Origin: Rhodospirillaceae bacterium TMED23
GTDB taxonomy: Bacteria > Pseudomonadota > Alphaproteobacteria > Rhodospirillales > UBA2165
NCBI GenBank assembly: GCA_002168115.1
Contig: NHCC01000022.1
Location: 163,664-215,533 of the forward strand
Length of the DNA stretch: 51,870 bases
Direction: 5' to 3'
Shown here: positions 1 to 13,009 of the stretch, in pieces
Numbering within the stretch: position 1 is the stretch's first letter
Layout: every line of letters starts with the position of its first letter
Notes under the pieces: model-generated
Database searches by the model: none
The model's input: the letters and a program-made list of their open reading frames with translations, nothing else
What the model was told of the DNA's origin: nothing
Program-made: the position numbers and the translations under genes

Positions 1-2
1 CA

Positions 3-44
3 CTTTTAGAAGTTATTGGCGACGAAATCCATTACAACAAATAA
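3..44 (+). CDS. Possible 3' end of the gene upstream of trmD (RimM expected by synteny), partial
   Basis: Frame 3 reads LLEVIGDEIHYNK* up to TAA at 42-44. rimM normally precedes trmD, but this is too short to verify. Confidence 0.3.
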   Translation, partial: LLEVIGDEIHYNK

Positions 45-82
45 AGTTCGAACTAAAATAATAATATTTGGAATAAACAGTT

Positions 83-826
83 ATGAATAAATCGCAAAGT
101 TTACAAAAAAACGAAGCTTGGAAAGTGAGTGTTTTGACTCTTTTTCCAGAGATGATGCCCGGTTGTCTTGGTTTTTCATTAGCCGGCAAAGCTTTAGCTG
201 ATGGATTCTGGAATATAGAAACTATAAATCTCCGGGACTTTGCGGATAACAAGTCCCAAACGGTTGACGATGCTCCTTTTGGCGGAGGAGCTGGAATGGT
301 TGTACGGCCAGATGTCGTTGACTCGGCGCTTAAATCTGTTCCGCATAATAACCGCCCCATAATTTACTTGTCGCCAAGAGGGAGATGTTTAAATCAGGCA
401 AGAGTTCAAGAACTCGCAAAAACAGATGGGGTGATATTACTGTGTGGACGTTATGAGGGCATTGATAATAGAGTTATTGATGCGTGGAAAATGGAAGAGA
501 TTAGTATTGGTGATTTTGTTTTATCTGGCGGAGAGCCAGCAGCAATAACACTTATTGACGCATGCGTTCGTCTCCTTCCTGGCGTCGTTGGTAATGCTCA
601 AACAACGTTAGATGAGAGTTTTGTTGATGGTTTGCTTGAATACTCTCATTATACTCGTCCTCAAGTGTGGGAAGGAAGACCAGTTCCTAAGGTGCTCTTA
701 TCAGGACACCATTCCGAAATAAGGGAATGGAGAAAAACGGAAGCTGAGAAAATTACTGCGATAAGACGCCCTGATCTTTGGTCTACATATATTTCTGGAA
801 TTAAGGAAACTCAAACTAAACATTAA
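83..826 (+). CDS. trmD: tRNA (guanine37-N1)-methyltransferase
   Basis: Motifs VDDAPFGGGAGMV, LCGRYEGID, SIGDFVLSGGE and LLEYSHYTRP; directly upstream of rplS. Confidence 0.97.
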   Translation: MNKSQSLQKNEAWKVSVLTLFPEMMPGCLGFSLAGKALADGFWNIETINLRDFADNKSQTVDDAPFGGGAGMVVRPDVVDSALKSVPHNNRPIIYLSPRGRCLNQARVQELAKTDGVILLCGRYEGIDNRVIDAWKMEEISIGDFVLSGGEPAAITLIDACVRLLPGVVGNAQTTLDESFVDGLLEYSHYTRPQVWEGRPVPKVLLSGHHSEIREWRKTEAEKITAIRRPDLWSTYISGIKETQTKH

Positions 827-858
827 ATTTTATTTAAATATGAATTGAGGTTATGATC

Positions 859-1392
859 ATGAATTTACTAGAAGAAATTGAACAAGAGCAAATAGCTAAA
901 TTAAATGCAGACAAAAATCTTCCAGAGTTTGCACCAGGTGACTCAGTGAAAATTAATGTTAAAATAATAGAGGGTGAAAGAGAGCGTATTCAGGCCTATG
1001 AGGGTGTTTGTATTGCGCGAAAGAATGATGGCCTACATTCCAATTTTACGGTTCGTAAGATTTCTTATGGTGAAGGTGTGGAGCGCGTGTTTCCTCTCTA
1101 TTCGCCTAATGTGGATAGTATCGAAGTTCTGCGTCGAGGCGATGTCAGAAGAGCCAAATTATATTATCTTCGTGGCAGGCAGGGAAAGAGGGCTAGAATT
1201 GCTGAACGGACGGACGGTTATTCAGCAAAGCTTTCAGCTAATGATCGTGAGGAGGCTGTTGCCCTTAAAGAAAAAAATAAATTAGCAAGTGCAGCTAAGG
1301 TATCAGCAAAAAAAGAGATAAAACAAGAGCGCTCCGAGGATGCGGCTCCAATCGTAACTGAAGATATTGTAGAAAAGAAATCTGAAGAATAA
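859..1392 (+). CDS. rplS: 50S ribosomal protein L19 with a charged C-terminal extension
   Basis: [28 protein letters not shown] and [13 protein letters not shown] 859 chosen for its spacing from GAGG at 847-850 (853 is the alternative). Confidence 0.97.
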   Translation: MNLLEEIEQEQIAKLNADKNLPEFAPGDSVKINVKIIEGERERIQAYEGVCIARKNDGLHSNFTVRKISYGEGVERVFPLYSPNVDSIEVLRRGDVRRAKLYYLRGRQGKRARIAERTDGYSAKLSANDREEAVALKEKNKLASAAKVSAKKEIKQERSEDAAPIVTEDIVEKKSEE

Positions 1393-1447
1393 GTGTATGT
1401 TCAGATTATTAGTAATAGAACCTTTATTTTTTAGTGAGTAATTGAAT

Positions 1448-2854
1448 ATGAATAATGCAACTACCCTTTACGATAAACTATGGAATTCCCATATTGTTGA
1501 TGAACAAGAAGACGGCACTTGCTTGGTTTATATAGATAGACATCTTGTGCACGAGGTCACTTCGCCACAAGCATTTGATGGTTTGAGAAATGAGCGTAGA
1601 AATGTTCGTCGACCCGATTTAACTCTTGCTGTAGCTGACCATAATGTTCCTACTACTGATCGCGATAAAAAGATTGATGATGAAGAGTCTAAAATACAAA
1701 TTGACGCCCTCGAGAAAAATTGTGCTGATTTTGGGATAGAACTTTATTCAATGAAGGACATTCGCCAAGGAATTTGCCACGTTGTTGGTCCAGAACAAGG
1801 TTTTACTTTGCCTGGTACAACATTAGTTTGTGGAGACTCTCATACGGCAACTCATGGGGCTTTTGGTTCTATGTCCTTTGGAATAGGTACCTCAGAAGTT
1901 GAGCATGTTTTGGCAACCCAGACATTATTATTGACCAAATGTAGAAATATGAGGGTTACTGTTAATGGATCGCTACCCAATGGAATTACGGCAAAGGATC
2001 TGATCTTAGCAATTATAGGAAAAATTGGCACTGCAGGCGGTACTGGTGCGGCTATTGAATTTGCGGGAGAAGCCCTCAAATCGTTAACCATGGAAGGTCG
2101 GATGACTGTCTGTAACATGACAATTGAAGCAGGCGCGAGGGTAGGTCTTTTTGCACCAGACGAAAAAACATTTGAGTATTTAAAAGGTCGCCCGAAATCC
2201 CCAAAAGGCGCAGCTTGGGAAGCTGCAGTCGAGTATTGGAAAACGCTAAAAACAGATGAAACAGCAATTTTTGATGAAGAAATTGTGATGGATGTCTCTG
2301 AGATTAAACCGCAGGTTACTTGGGGAACGAGCCCAGAAGATGTTGTGGCGATTGACGGTTGTGTTCCTAATCCTGCTCAAGAAACTGATACTAATAAACG
2401 AAATAAAATGGAACGATCATTGGAATATATGGGTTTGGCTGCTGGAACACCAATGACCGATATTCAAATAAACACAGCCTTTATTGGTTCTTGCACTAAT
2501 AGTCGTATTGAGGACATCAGGGCGGCGGCGTCAGTTGTCGAAGGACGTAAGGTTGCGAATGGTGTGCAGGCTTTGGTTGTTCCTGGTTCTGGTTTAGTTA
2601 AAGAGATAGCTGAGCAAGAAGGTTTGGATAAAATTTTTATAGACGCTGGCTTTGAGTGGCGTGAAGCGGGATGTTCAATGTGCTTGGCGATGAATGCAGA
2701 TAAACTTGGCCCCGGTGAAAGAGCAGCATCAACCTCTAATCGTAATTTTGAGGGCCGCCAAGGGCCAGGTGGTCGGACGCATTTAGTTAGTCCCGCAATG
2801 GCAGCTGCTGCGGCGGTCAAAGGACATCTTGTTGATTTAGATGATTTAGATTAA
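1448..2854 (+). CDS. leuC: 3-isopropylmalate dehydratase large subunit
   Basis: [48 protein letters not shown] (4Fe-4S ligands) and [12 protein letters not shown]. Confidence 0.98.
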   Translation: MNNATTLYDKLWNSHIVDEQEDGTCLVYIDRHLVHEVTSPQAFDGLRNERRNVRRPDLTLAVADHNVPTTDRDKKIDDEESKIQIDALEKNCADFGIELYSMKDIRQGICHVVGPEQGFTLPGTTLVCGDSHTATHGAFGSMSFGIGTSEVEHVLATQTLLLTKCRNMRVTVNGSLPNGITAKDLILAIIGKIGTAGGTGAAIEFAGEALKSLTMEGRMTVCNMTIEAGARVGLFAPDEKTFEYLKGRPKSPKGAAWEAAVEYWKTLKTDETAIFDEEIVMDVSEIKPQVTWGTSPEDVVAIDGCVPNPAQETDTNKRNKMERSLEYMGLAAGTPMTDIQINTAFIGSCTNSRIEDIRAAASVVEGRKVANGVQALVVPGSGLVKEIAEQEGLDKIFIDAGFEWREAGCSMCLAMNADKLGPGERAASTSNRNFEGRQGPGGRTHLVSPAMAAAAAVKGHLVDLDDLD

Positions 2855-2869
2855 TTGGAGAGGATTTTT

Positions 2870-3469
2870 ATGGATAAATTCAATACGCTTACATCGGTTG
2901 CTGCACCATTACCGTTAATAAATGTTGATACGGATATGATCATTCCCGCCCGCTTTTTGAAAACCATTAAACGAACGGGCTTGGGAGCTGACCTTTTTAG
3001 TACTCTTCGTTTTCAAGAGGATGGGAGTGAGCGGGAAGATTTTGTTCTTAACAAACCCGCATTTAGAAATTCAGAGATTTTGATTGCGGGAAAGAATTTC
3101 GGATGTGGATCCTCCCGTGAGCATGCCCCTTGGGCTCTTCTTGATTTTGGGATTAAGTGTGTAATTGCTCCAAGTTTCGCTGATATTTTTTATAATAATA
3201 GCTCGAAGAATGGGATTTTATTGATAAAGTTGCCGCAAGAACAAATTGACAAATTAATGAAAGATGCTGAACTTGGCGCAAATGCTACTATGACTGTAAA
3301 TCTCGAAGCTCAAGAAATTACGGGCCCAGATGGAGATGTTATTAAGTTTGAGGTTGATGCTTTCAAAAAGCACTGCTTAATGAATGGTCTTGATGATATT
3401 GGATTGACCATGGAAAAATCAGATAAGATTGCGGCCTTTGAGGCCAGCCAAAAAGTTAAAATAACGTAA
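2870..3469 (+). CDS. leuD: 3-isopropylmalate dehydratase small subunit
   Basis: NVDTDMIIP and [15 protein letters not shown]; GGAGAGG SD before ATG 2870. Confidence 0.98.
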   Translation: MDKFNTLTSVAAPLPLINVDTDMIIPARFLKTIKRTGLGADLFSTLRFQEDGSEREDFVLNKPAFRNSEILIAGKNFGCGSSREHAPWALLDFGIKCVIAPSFADIFYNNSSKNGILLIKLPQEQIDKLMKDAELGANATMTVNLEAQEITGPDGDVIKFEVDAFKKHCLMNGLDDIGLTMEKSDKIAAFEASQKVKIT

Positions 3470-3500
3470 TAAGATATAAAAATCACAAGAGAGACAAAAA

Positions 3501-4610
3501 ATGTCGAATGCTAAAAATTTATTAGTTCTTCCCGGGGATGGTATTGGACCTGAAATTATGGCTCAAGTTCTTAGGGTAATTGACTGGATGGACCAGAGAC
3601 GGTCGGTAAGTTTTAATATTACAAAAGCTTTAATAGGAGGAGCCGCGATAGATGAAACTGGAGTTCCTTTGCCCGAAGAGACATTAGATGCGGCGCTAAA
3701 ATCTGATGCGGTTTTGATGGGTGCTGTTGGCGGGCCGAAATGGGAAGTGCTTCCTTTTGATGTCCAGCCCGAACGGGGTTTGTTGGGAATACGCAAAGGA
3801 CTTGGACTGTTTGCAAATTTGCGTCCCGCTATCGTGTTTGACGCGCTGGCTGATGCGTCATCGCTTAAATTAGATATTGTTAAGGGCCTCGATATCATGA
3901 TTATTAGAGAATTAACGGGCGGCATCTACTTTGGAGAGCCACGTGGTATTGAAGAGTTAGAAAATGGAATAAGGAAAGGTTTTAATACACTTACCTATAC
4001 CACACCGGAGATACATCGTATTGGAAAGGTGGCGATGGATTTAGCGAGAAAACGCGATAAAAGAGTATGTTCCATAGATAAAGCAAATGTTTTAGAGACA
4101 ACAGTAATGTGGCGTGAAGAGATGACTAAAATAGGGGCTTCCTATCCAGACATTGAATTAAGTCATATGTACGTAGACAACGCAGCAATGCAATTGGTTA
4201 GAAACCCAAAACAATTTGATGTTGTTGTTACCACAAATATGTTTGGTGATATTTTGTCTGATTGTGCAGCCATGTTAACGGGCTCGTTAGGTATGTTACC
4301 ATCTGCATCGTTGGGTTCCCCTGACTCAGATGGAAAACAAGCGGCATTGTATGAACCTGTTCATGGTACAGCACCGGATATTTCGGGAAAAGATATTGCA
4401 AATCCACTTGCCCAAATCTTGAGTTTTTCGATGTTACTCAGGTATTCTTTTGATCTGTTTGAAGATGCAGACTTAATTGAGCAAGCAGTCCAGAATGCAC
4501 TTGATAAAGGTTTTCGCACTGCGGATATTGCAGGTGATGGTAAAACATTGGTGTCAACTGCGGGCATGGGGGATGCAGTCATTAATGAATTAGACAGGCT
4601 CGCTGCTTGA
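3501..4610 (+). CDS. leuB: 3-isopropylmalate dehydrogenase
   Basis: [29 protein letters not shown] and [11 protein letters not shown]. Confidence 0.98.
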   Translation: MSNAKNLLVLPGDGIGPEIMAQVLRVIDWMDQRRSVSFNITKALIGGAAIDETGVPLPEETLDAALKSDAVLMGAVGGPKWEVLPFDVQPERGLLGIRKGLGLFANLRPAIVFDALADASSLKLDIVKGLDIMIIRELTGGIYFGEPRGIEELENGIRKGFNTLTYTTPEIHRIGKVAMDLARKRDKRVCSIDKANVLETTVMWREEMTKIGASYPDIELSHMYVDNAAMQLVRNPKQFDVVVTTNMFGDILSDCAAMLTGSLGMLPSASLGSPDSDGKQAALYEPVHGTAPDISGKDIANPLAQILSFSMLLRYSFDLFEDADLIEQAVQNALDKGFRTADIAGDGKTLVSTAGMGDAVINELDRLAA

Positions 4611-4668
4611 GGGCTTCCTATACCGGGCCACCTCGATTGGTCAGTTAACATAAAAATGGAGATGAAGT

Positions 4669-5688
4669 ATGGCCCTTAAATATGCTGTTGTAGGAGCTAC
4701 TGGCAACGTTGGAAGGGAAATTCTGCAAATTCTCTCTGAAAGAGGTATTCTAGCAAAAGATGTTATAGCGATAGCATCTTCTAACTCGGTTGGCGCGGAA
4801 GTTTCTTATGGTGAGGAAGATGTTCTAAAAATTTATGATTTGGCGGTGTTTGATTTTGAAGGCATTGATATTGTTTTGTCTAGCCCTGGAGCTAAAATAT
4901 CTAAAGAATATGTGCCTAGGGCAACAGCTGCGGGCGCCGTCGTTATAGATAATACATCTCAATTTAGAATGGATCCTGATGTTCCTCTTGTGGTTCCAGA
5001 GGTTAATCCTGAGGCGATTAGTGAATTTCGAAACAGAAATATTATTGCCAATCCAAATTGTTCAACAATTCAACTAGTTGTTGCCCTTAAACCCTTAAAT
5101 GATTTAGCTCGGATTCGGAGGGTTGTTGTTTCAACCTATCAGTCGGTTTCTGGTGCCGGCAAGTCTGGAATGGATGAACTATTTAACCAAACTAAGGGGA
5201 TTTACATGAATGAGCCTGAGTCCAAGTTTCAGAAACATTTTACTAAGCAAATCGCTTTCAATGCTATCCCACAAATAGATGTATTTATGGAGGATGGTTA
5301 TACAAAGGAAGAGTGGAAAATGATGGTGGAGACAAAGAAAATACTAGATCCGTCAATTAAACTCTCAGCAACTTGTGTCAGGATACCTGCGTTTATTGGG
5401 CATGCTGAGGCCGTCAATATTGAATTTGAGGAACCAATTACGGCCGATGAAGCAAGAGAAGCTTTGAAAGTGGCCGATGGGATCGTGGTGGTCGATCATC
5501 GGGCGGACGAGGGCTACGTGACGCAAGTTGAATGTGCGGGTGAGGACCCAGTTTATGTTAGTCGAATACGAGATGATATTACTGTAGAAAATGGATTAAG
5601 TATGTGGGTTGTTGCAGATAATCTACGTAAGGGAGCTGCTCTAAACACAGTTCAGATAGCTGAATTGTTAGCTTCTGAATATTTTTAA
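4669..5688 (+). CDS. asd: Aspartate-semialdehyde dehydrogenase
   Basis: VVGATGNVG, IIANPNCSTIQ (catalytic Cys), STYQSVSGAG and DNLRKGAALN. Confidence 0.97.
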   Translation: MALKYAVVGATGNVGREILQILSERGILAKDVIAIASSNSVGAEVSYGEEDVLKIYDLAVFDFEGIDIVLSSPGAKISKEYVPRATAAGAVVIDNTSQFRMDPDVPLVVPEVNPEAISEFRNRNIIANPNCSTIQLVVALKPLNDLARIRRVVVSTYQSVSGAGKSGMDELFNQTKGIYMNEPESKFQKHFTKQIAFNAIPQIDVFMEDGYTKEEWKMMVETKKILDPSIKLSATCVRIPAFIGHAEAVNIEFEEPITADEAREALKVADGIVVVDHRADEGYVTQVECAGEDPVYVSRIRDDITVENGLSMWVVADNLRKGAALNTVQIAELLASEYF

Positions 5689-5753
5689 CGTAATACTGAC
5701 CTTAAAAGAAACTTGCTTTTAAATGATAACAGTATCTTTCCTAATTGCTTGCA

Positions 5754-5782
5754 TTGACTTGGTCTGATCAAGGGATTACAAA
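5754..5782 (+). promoter_or_regulatory. Candidate sigma70 promoter for sdhCDAB
   Basis: TTGACT (5754-5759), 17-bp spacer, TACAAA (5777-5782). Confidence 0.4.
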
Positions 5783-5861
5783 ACTTTAAGTATTAAATAA
5801 TATTTTATTTATAAGTAATTGCCCTAATTTTGTGGGCTAGTATTTAAAAAGGGCCAGAGTT

Positions 5862-6254
5862 ATGAATTCCCGAACGCGTCCAATTTCACCGCACTTGCAA
5901 GTTTATAAGCCTCAAATTACGTCTGTACTCTCTATTTTGCACAGAATTACAGGAGTGGGACTGGCGGTTGGTGCCTTAGCTTTAGTTTATTGGTTAAATT
6001 CGGCAGCATATGGTCCGGAAGCGTTCAACCGTACGCAAGAATTCATGGCGACTTGGTTTGGTAGATTATTATTGTTTGGTTGGACCTGGGCTTTATTTTA
6101 TCATTTGTGCAACGGGATTAGACACCTTTTTTGGGATGCTGGCATGGGTTTTGGATTACCTAATGTAAATTTTACAGGCTGGATTGTCGTATTATCCTCA
6201 ATAATTTTTACATTAGGATCTTGGTTTATAGGATATGGAATGGTTGGAGGATAA
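5862..6254 (+). CDS. sdhC: Succinate dehydrogenase cytochrome b556 subunit
   Basis: RPISPHLQVY, SILHRITG and HLCNGIRHLFWD; three hydrophobic helices. Confidence 0.96.
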   Translation: MNSRTRPISPHLQVYKPQITSVLSILHRITGVGLAVGALALVYWLNSAAYGPEAFNRTQEFMATWFGRLLLFGWTWALFYHLCNGIRHLFWDAGMGFGLPNVNFTGWIVVLSSIIFTLGSWFIGYGMVGG

Positions 6255-6260
6255 GTTTAA

Positions 6261-6641
6261 ATGTCATTACAATCAGACTTGGGCAGAGTAAAAGGATTAG
6301 GTAGCTCTAAAAGTGGCACATCTCATTGGTGGGCGCAAAGAGTAACTGCGTTAGCACTTATTCCTCTGACTTTGTGGTTTATATATTCTACAATAAAATT
6401 TGTTGGTATGGACCTTATTTCCTTCGGAGCATGGCTCAACGAGCCAGGTAGTGTATTGTTATTATCTCTGTTTTTAATTGCTTTGTTTTACCACATGCAA
6501 CTTGGTTTGCAGGTAGTCATTGAAGATTACGTTCATGGTGAAAAAAATAAGGTTTTTTTATTGCTAATTAATAAATTTGCTGCGGCGCTTTTTGCTATTT
6601 CAAGCCTTGTAGCAATAATACAAATTGCCTATGGAGGCTAA
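6261..6641 (+). CDS. sdhD: Succinate dehydrogenase membrane anchor subunit
   Basis: GTSHWWAQRVTA and HMQLGLQVVIEDYVH. Confidence 0.96.
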   Translation: MSLQSDLGRVKGLGSSKSGTSHWWAQRVTALALIPLTLWFIYSTIKFVGMDLISFGAWLNEPGSVLLLSLFLIALFYHMQLGLQVVIEDYVHGEKNKVFLLLINKFAAALFAISSLVAIIQIAYGG

Positions 6642-6648
6642 CCACTAA

Positions 6649-8439
6649 ATGACAGATACATATGAAATCATCGATCATGAACATGATGTGATTGTTGTTG
6701 GCGCAGGAGGAGCAGGCCTTAGAGCGACTCTCGGTATGACCGCAGCAGGATTAAACACAGCCTGTATTACTAAAGTTTTTCCAACTAGATCTCATACAGT
6801 AGCCGCTCAAGGCGGGGTTGGTGCTGCTTTAGGCAACATGAATGAAGATAGTTGGCAATGGCATATGTACGATACCGTTAAGGGTGCAGACTGGCTGGGT
6901 GATCAAGATGCTATAGAATATATGTGTAGAGAGGCTGCGCCTTCCGTATATGAACTTGAGCATTTTGGTGTGCCATTCTCTCGAACCGAAGATGGTAAAA
7001 TATATCAACGCCCCTTTGGGGGACATATGCGGGATTTTGGTGAGGCTCCAGTGGAAAGAGCTTGCGCTGCTGCTGATCGAACCGGTCATGCAATTTTGCA
7101 TACCTTGTACCAACAATGTTTAAAACATAATGCTGAGTTCTTTATTGAATATTTTGCGATTGATTTAATAATGAGCGAAGATGGGGCTTGCCGAGGTGTT
7201 ATGGCGTGGAACTTGGCAGATGGAACCATACACCGGTTTTTAGCTCACCAAACATTAATCGCAACAGGTGGTTATGGGCGAAGTTATTTTTCAGCTACAT
7301 CAGCCCACACGTGCACTGGCGATGGTAATGGGATGGTTCTTCGAGCGGGATTACCCATGGAAGATATGGAATTTGTGCAATTCCATCCAACAGGAATTTA
7401 TGGTTCAGGATGCTTGATAACAGAAGGAGCTCGAGGAGAGGGCGGTTATTTAACGAATTCTGAGGGTGAAGCTTTTATGGAGAGATACGCCCCAAGTGCA
7501 AAAGATTTAGCGTCACGTGACGTAGTTAGCCGAGCTATGACTATTGAAATAAGGGAAAATAGGGGAGTGGGACCAGAAAATGATCATATATATCTCCACC
7601 TTGAACATTTAGGGGGTGAAGTCCTTAATCAAAGGTTGCCTGGAATTACTGAAACAGCCAAGATTTTTTCTGGCGTTGATGCTACGAAAGATCCAATACC
7701 TGTCTTGCCGACGGTTCATTATAATATGGGTGGTATACCGACAAACTATCATGCTGAGGTTTTAAGGCCTACAGTAAAGGATCCGGACGCAATTTGCCCA
7801 GGTTTGATGGCAATTGGTGAAGCGGCATGTGTTTCTGTCCATGGTGCTAACCGATTAGGGACAAACTCGCTACTCGATCTTGTGGTTTTTGGCCGAGCAG
7901 CTGCACAAAGAGCAGTTAGAATTGTTGAAAAAGATAAAAAAATAAAATCTGCAGATCCAAAAACGGGTGAAGAAGCTATTGCCAGATTTGATGCAGTCAG
8001 GCATTCCAAAGGCAAAGAAACTACGGCTAGTGTTAGATTGGATATGCAGAAAATAATGCAGAATAATGCAGCTGTTTTTAGAAGCACTGAGATATTAAAA
8101 GAAGGTATAAAACTAATTGATAAATCAGCTGAAGGCTTGAAGGATCTTGGTGTTAGCGACAGATCTTTAATTTGGAATTCAGATTTAGTTGAGACTTTAG
8201 AGTTAGAAAACTTGATGGCTTGTTCTAAAACAACAATTTACAGTGCAGAGGCTAGACAAGAGTCGCGTGGCGCGCACGCGCATGAGGATTATCCTGATCG
8301 CGATGATAAAAAGTGGATGAAACATTCATTAGCATGGCTTGATGACAAAATGAAGGTCAAGTTGGGTTATCGGCCGGTCCATGAGTATACATTGACCGAT
8401 GAGGTCGAATACATTGAGCCTCGTGCTCGGGTTTATTAA
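6649..8439 (+). CDS. sdhA: Succinate dehydrogenase flavoprotein subunit
   Basis: [16 protein letters not shown] (covalent FAD His), HYNMGG and [13 protein letters not shown]. Confidence 0.99.
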   Translation: MTDTYEIIDHEHDVIVVGAGGAGLRATLGMTAAGLNTACITKVFPTRSHTVAAQGGVGAALGNMNEDSWQWHMYDTVKGADWLGDQDAIEYMCREAAPSVYELEHFGVPFSRTEDGKIYQRPFGGHMRDFGEAPVERACAAADRTGHAILHTLYQQCLKHNAEFFIEYFAIDLIMSEDGACRGVMAWNLADGTIHRFLAHQTLIATGGYGRSYFSATSAHTCTGDGNGMVLRAGLPMEDMEFVQFHPTGIYGSGCLITEGARGEGGYLTNSEGEAFMERYAPSAKDLASRDVVSRAMTIEIRENRGVGPENDHIYLHLEHLGGEVLNQRLPGITETAKIFSGVDATKDPIPVLPTVHYNMGGIPTNYHAEVLRPTVKDPDAICPGLMAIGEAACVSVHGANRLGTNSLLDLVVFGRAAAQRAVRIVEKDKKIKSADPKTGEEAIARFDAVRHSKGKETTASVRLDMQKIMQNNAAVFRSTEILKEGIKLIDKSAEGLKDLGVSDRSLIWNSDLVETLELENLMACSKTTIYSAEARQESRGAHAHEDYPDRDDKKWMKHSLAWLDDKMKVKLGYRPVHEYTLTDEVEYIEPRARVY

Positions 8440-8462
8440 GGCTTTTAAGCACGGAGATAAAA

Positions 8463-9239
8463 ATGGTAGAACTGACTCTTCCCAAAAACTCGAAGGTATC
8501 TGAGGGCCAAACGTTTAAAGCTCCTTCAAGTGCAAATAATATTAAGCTGTTCAAGGTTTATCGTTATAATCCCGATCAAAATGATAATCCACAAGTTGAT
8601 ACTTATGAAGTAGATATGGATACCTGTGGACCTATGGTTCTTGATGCTTTAATCAAAATTAAGAATGAAATTGATCCAACGTTGACTTTTCGTCGATCTT
8701 GTCGGGAAGGAGTTTGTGGTTCTTGTGCGATGAATGTGGATGGCACTAATACCCTAGCATGTATTAAGGATATAAGTGAAATAAAAGGCGATGCTGCGAT
8801 TTACCCGCTTCCACATATGCCAGTAATAAAGGATCTCGTCCCCGACTTATCAATCCCATATGCTCAGTATACCTCCATTAAGCCGTGGGTTCAGTCTGAT
8901 ACCCCAGTTTCAGGAAAGGAGCGGCTACAGTCACCAGATGAACGTGCTAAATTAGATGGTTTGTGGGAATGTGTTTTATGTTTCTGTTGCACGACTTCAT
9001 GCCCGAGTTATTGGTGGAATGGGGACAGATATCTTGGCCCAGCTATTCTGTTGCAAGCATACCGCTGGATTGTTGACTCAAGGGATGAAAATACTGGTTC
9101 TCGTTTAGATAATTTAGAGGATCCCTTTAAATTATATCGTTGTCATACAATAATGAATTGTACAAAAACTTGTCCCAAATCTTTAAATCCAGCAAAGGCC
9201 ATCGCAGAAACCAAAAAACTAATGTTGGAGCGAATGTAA
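8463..9239 (+). CDS. sdhB: Succinate dehydrogenase iron-sulfur subunit
   Basis: [22 protein letters not shown] and [12 protein letters not shown] cysteine clusters. Confidence 0.99.
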   Translation: MVELTLPKNSKVSEGQTFKAPSSANNIKLFKVYRYNPDQNDNPQVDTYEVDMDTCGPMVLDALIKIKNEIDPTLTFRRSCREGVCGSCAMNVDGTNTLACIKDISEIKGDAAIYPLPHMPVIKDLVPDLSIPYAQYTSIKPWVQSDTPVSGKERLQSPDERAKLDGLWECVLCFCCTTSCPSYWWNGDRYLGPAILLQAYRWIVDSRDENTGSRLDNLEDPFKLYRCHTIMNCTKTCPKSLNPAKAIAETKKLMLERM

Positions 9240-9323
9240 GGCTGCTCGAAGTTGAATATAATCTGTGCCAAAGTAATAGCTAGGCTAGATATGATTGTTG
9301 TAAACCAGTGTAAGTAGCCATTC

Positions 9324-10466
9324 ATGTCAAATACAACTCCGGTAAATTCTTCTGAAGGTCCTGTTGCTGAGTATAAAAAGAAATTGGCTTCTGGGCATTT
9401 GATGCCAGATAAAGCGCAGGCTAGGCTTGCAGAGCAACTGCAAATATTATTGCAAAAAATTGAGACATTTGAGAATAATTTAAAGTCCTTTAATTGGAAA
9501 CAACGTTTGGGATTTAAAAATAATAAACAAATAGAGATAAAGGGACTGTATATATACGGAGATGTCGGACGCGGTAAGTCTATGCTTATGGACTTATTTT
9601 ACTCCAGTATTCAGATTAAGAAAAAACGTCGGGTACACTTTCATGCGTTTCTTCAAGATGTTCACTCACGTTTTAACTTATTCCGAAAAAATAATCCGGA
9701 AGGTGGCGACCCTGTTCCCACAGTCGTAAAATCGATAGTAGAAGAGTCAAAATTATTGTGTTTCGACGAATTACAGGTGGTAAATATCGTTGATGCTATG
9801 ATCTTAGGTAGATTATTTGAGGGACTATTGTCACATGATGTCATAATCGTTGCGACGTCAAATCGCCCACCAGATGATCTTTATAAAGACGGTCTCCAGC
9901 GTGATAGGTTTCTACCATTTATTGAATTAATCAAAAATAACCTAAATATTGAGCACTTAGGAGCTCTCAAGGATTACAGGTTAGAGAAGATACTTGGGAT
10001 GAAAGTATATCACTATCCTCTTGGCAAAAGAGCCACTGCTAGCCTAGATAATTACTTTTTGGATCTTACAGAGGGCTATTCACCGTCAGTTGATCTGATA
10101 GAAGTTAAGGGTAGGATAGTTAAAATTCCAATCGCTGCTGCCGGCGTTGCAAGAATTTCTTTTATGAAACTGTGCGGAGAGCCTCTTGGGCCAGCAGATT
10201 ATTTAAATATTGCTGGGCGCTATCATACTTTAATACTAGATGATATTCCAAGAATGGGCGAGAGCTTAAAGAATGAGGCCAGAAGATTTATAACGCTTAT
10301 CGACGCGCTTTACGAGAATAAAGTTAATCTGATTTGCTCGGCTAACGCGCCAGCCCAGGAACTTTATGTTCTTGGAGATGGAGCCTTTGAATTTCAACGT
10401 TTAGTTTCTCGTTTAATGGAAATGCAATCTGAGGAGTATGTGGCATTACCTCACGGTCTTGTCTGA
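9324..10466 (+). CDS. zapE: AFG1/ZapE-family ATPase
   Basis: Walker A GDVGRGKS, RVHFHAF, LLCFDE, TSNRPP and RFITLIDALYE; usual position upstream of mdh. Confidence 0.92.
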   Translation: MSNTTPVNSSEGPVAEYKKKLASGHLMPDKAQARLAEQLQILLQKIETFENNLKSFNWKQRLGFKNNKQIEIKGLYIYGDVGRGKSMLMDLFYSSIQIKKKRRVHFHAFLQDVHSRFNLFRKNNPEGGDPVPTVVKSIVEESKLLCFDELQVVNIVDAMILGRLFEGLLSHDVIIVATSNRPPDDLYKDGLQRDRFLPFIELIKNNLNIEHLGALKDYRLEKILGMKVYHYPLGKRATASLDNYFLDLTEGYSPSVDLIEVKGRIVKIPIAAAGVARISFMKLCGEPLGPADYLNIAGRYHTLILDDIPRMGESLKNEARRFITLIDALYENKVNLICSANAPAQELYVLGDGAFEFQRLVSRLMEMQSEEYVALPHGLV

Positions 10467-10529
10467 GGCGTATATTTTTTTCATCGTATAAACTATCATT
10501 TCTTTTTGATTATTTCGTAAGTAACGGGC

Positions 10530-10558
10530 TTGCTCTAAAACTTATTTTGCGCTACGAA
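10530..10558 (+). promoter_or_regulatory. Candidate promoter for mdh-sucCD-sucAB-lpdA
   Basis: cTTGCTC, 17-bp spacer, gcTACGAA; matches the alphaproteobacterial CTTG-N17/18-GCTA pattern. Confidence 0.4.
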
Positions 10559-10648
10559 CCCAACAGTATTAAAAGTTTTAAAGACAGATTGAGTCGTTGG
10601 ATATACTGGTATTTAGCATCACAACATATCGTTAAGTAATTATCCTGA

Positions 10649-11713
<1,065 letters not shown>

Positions 11714-11808
11714 AAAGCATCTGCATTTGGATTGGTAGAAAAATATCTGGTTTTTGTTTGATTTTAATTTTACCTGTAATATTAATTAAGTGAAGAGGTT
11801 ATAGCCCT

Positions 11809-13008
11809 ATGAATATTCATGAATATCAAGCGAAACAGATATTATCCAAATATGGTGTGGCTACCCTTGATGGGGGTGTTGCATACACCTCTAGTGAGGC
11901 CGAGGTCGTGGCAAAGGGTCTAAATGGACCCGTTTGGGTTGTAAAGTCTCAAATTCATGCAGGTGGGCGCGGCAAGGGAAATTTCAAAAACGTTGATAAT
12001 TATTCCGGTGGTGGAGTGAAAGTTGTTAAATCAATCGACGAAGTAAAAGATGTTGCAGAAAAAATGTTAGGTAATGTTCTCGTTACTCATCAAACTGGCC
12101 CTGAAGGAAAACAGGTTAAGCGTGTCTACATAGAGGATGGCTGCGATATAGAAAGGGAGCTTTACCTTAGCTTATTAGTTGACAGAGCAACATCGTGCGT
12201 AACGGTGATCGCTTGTCAGGATGGTGGTATGGATATAGAAGAGGTTGCTGAATCTTCACCCGAAAAAATTCTAACGACTGATATAGATCCTGCAACGGGC
12301 ATGAAGAGTTTTCATGCTAGAAAAATAGCATTTGGCCTTGGCCTTACAGGGGAGCAAGTAAAATCTGCTGTAAAATTTCTTTTATCAATGTATGAAGCAT
12401 TCACTGATATGGATGCCAGCCAAATTGAGATAAATCCATTGGTAGTTACAAGGGCGGGGGAGGTTATTGCGCTCGATGCTAAAATGAATTTTGATGATAA
12501 TGCTCTTTACCGTCACCAGGATATAGAGGAAATGAGAGATGAAGATGAGCAAGACTCGGCAGAATTGGAGGCTGAGCGTCATGACTTAAATTATATAAAA
12601 TTAGATGGTAGCATCGGGTGTATGGTAAACGGGGCTGGCTTAGCTATGGCTACGATGGATATTATTAAGCTGCATGGTGGTGATCCAGCTAATTTTCTTG
12701 ACGTTGGTGGTGGGGCAACTCGTGAGCGCGTGACAACAGCCTTTAAAATAATTTTGTCTGATAAAAACGTTGAGGGCATACTTGTAAATATTTTTGGGGG
12801 TATTATGCGCTGTGATGTTATTGCTGAAGGAGTTGTTTCAGCTGCAAAAGAGGTCGCTCTGAATGTACCATTAGTTGTTCGTCTCGAAGGAACTAATGTC
12901 GAGTTGGGCAAGGAAATATTATTGAAATCTGGGTTGCCTATTATCTCCGGAAATGATTTAGCGGATGCCGCGGAAAAGGTTGTTAAAGCGGTTCAGGAGG
13001 CCGCATAA
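11809..13008 (+). CDS. sucC: Succinyl-CoA synthetase beta subunit
   Basis: [31 protein letters not shown] and [10 protein letters not shown]. Confidence 0.98.
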   Translation: MNIHEYQAKQILSKYGVATLDGGVAYTSSEAEVVAKGLNGPVWVVKSQIHAGGRGKGNFKNVDNYSGGGVKVVKSIDEVKDVAEKMLGNVLVTHQTGPEGKQVKRVYIEDGCDIERELYLSLLVDRATSCVTVIACQDGGMDIEEVAESSPEKILTTDIDPATGMKSFHARKIAFGLGLTGEQVKSAVKFLLSMYEAFTDMDASQIEINPLVVTRAGEVIALDAKMNFDDNALYRHQDIEEMRDEDEQDSAELEAERHDLNYIKLDGSIGCMVNGAGLAMATMDIIKLHGGDPANFLDVGGGATRERVTTAFKIILSDKNVEGILVNIFGGIMRCDVIAEGVVSAAKEVALNVPLVVRLEGTNVELGKEILLKSGLPIISGNDLADAAEKVVKAVQEAA

Positions 13009-13009
13009 T

